From NCBI RefSeq assembly GCF_964355755.1, contig NC_092678.1, positions 22,275,365-22,339,364 of the forward strand: a stretch of DNA of 64,000 nt. Direction: 5' to 3'. Of the stretch, positions 63,002 through 64,000 are shown piece after piece. This stretch comes from Antedon mediterranea (lineage: Eukaryota > Animalia > Echinodermata). The notes under the pieces were generated by a model. The model ran no database searches. It saw only the letters and a program-made list of their open reading frames with translations, and was not told the origin of the DNA. Made by a program: the position numbers and the translations under genes. How positions within the stretch are numbered: position 1 is the first letter of the stretch; the number at the start of each line of letters is the position of its first letter.

Positions 63002-64000
63002 TTAATAGAGGTTCTGCTGTAGTACTTTTAGTGCTGTAGTATTTTTATTGAAATTCATTAATTTACCCAACACATTCTTTATTTAGATATTTGTAAATAT
63101 AATGTTAATATTGTAAATATAATAACTTTGATAAATGTTGTTTTTTTTTTCTATACTGTATTTTGAATAAAAATTGTACATATATATTTGATTTAGTATG
63201 AAAGGGTGCGACAAAATTAAGACACTATGCAAGCATTTACTGTAAACTATTTAAATAAAATATATAAATATTTGAGAAAGACTTCACTATAGATTTGATA
63301 TAGCTGTGCTTGAGTATTATACGTACATTGCAGTAACTGTACATTTACAAAGAGGAAAATGACATTTGTTTTCTATCTCTATGATTGAATTTAAATTAGT
63401 TGTTAAGGTAATTTGTTTTTTATTATTAAATATTATTTTCTTTAAAATATTTATTATTTTGTATTTATTCGATTACATTATTCAATATTCGACAAAAAGT
63501 TCCGGAAATGTTTCATTTCAACAGTGTATTTTCTGGGTCGAAAAAATAAGTTTATTTGATTTTCAGATAAATTGTGATTTTCATTTTATGAATTCTTACA
63601 CTACATATCCGTGTATAAGTGACAGATTCATAAATTCTAACAAGATGTACTTAAAACCATTGTTATCGCTAACAATTGTGGTTTTTGCATTTGTGGTTTT
63701 GTATGGATGCTTTCCTGGTAACGAAACGTAATGGAAGTGTTCCTCTCACACAACACTGCAATTTACACTTTGTTTTGTCTCTCTGTCTGAAGTAACCTTC
63801 CGTTTCTGTCTTTTAATTATTTTCTTAAATTGAATTCTGATTTTGAAAGAGTCAATTTCGTTCGTAACGGAAGTTCTCAGGCTATAATGTTTTGTGAGAA
63901 AAGTATTTTCTCCGAAGTATAAAAAAATAATTATTTTACCAAAAAAAAAGGTTTTTCATATTAACCAAAAACCAAAACAAGGGGGGGGGGGGGTTAGATT

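Noticed and set aside
63366-63731. 121-aa ORF and other AT-rich 60-120 aa ORFs in the track (e.g. 3323-3598, 24019-24330, 29872-30231)
   Set aside because: Low-complexity F/I/L/K composition, often non-ATG starts, no recognisable motifs and no consistent splice partners.

Overview
AT-rich, intron-rich metazoan (invertebrate-like) genomic DNA, not prokaryotic. Seven multi-exon protein-coding genes can be assembled by hand from GT-AG exons: DSTYK (+), NDUFA12 (-), HAUS7 (+), a POMGNT1-like type II membrane protein with two ILEI/FAM3 domains (+), RPP14 (+), CCNQ (-) and POC1 (+). They are tightly packed into divergent and convergent pairs. Introns carry many MITEs (PIF/Harbinger-, Kolobok-, P- and Tc1/mariner-like ends), tRNA-derived SINEs, LINE remnants and minisatellites. 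The most unusual locus is at 26.7-29.8 kb (-): an intronless HEXIM-like ORF that keeps the basic RNA-binding region and the cyclin T-binding coiled coil but lacks the PYNT CDK9-inhibitory motif. It lies between apparently non-coding spliced exons, one of which folds into three hairpins, the last burying its own splice donor. Second is the POMGNT1-like gene, whose metal-binding and catalytic residues are replaced (predicted pseudo-glycosyltransferase with a duplicated lectin-like stem). All gene names come from manual translation and remembered family motifs; no searches were run.
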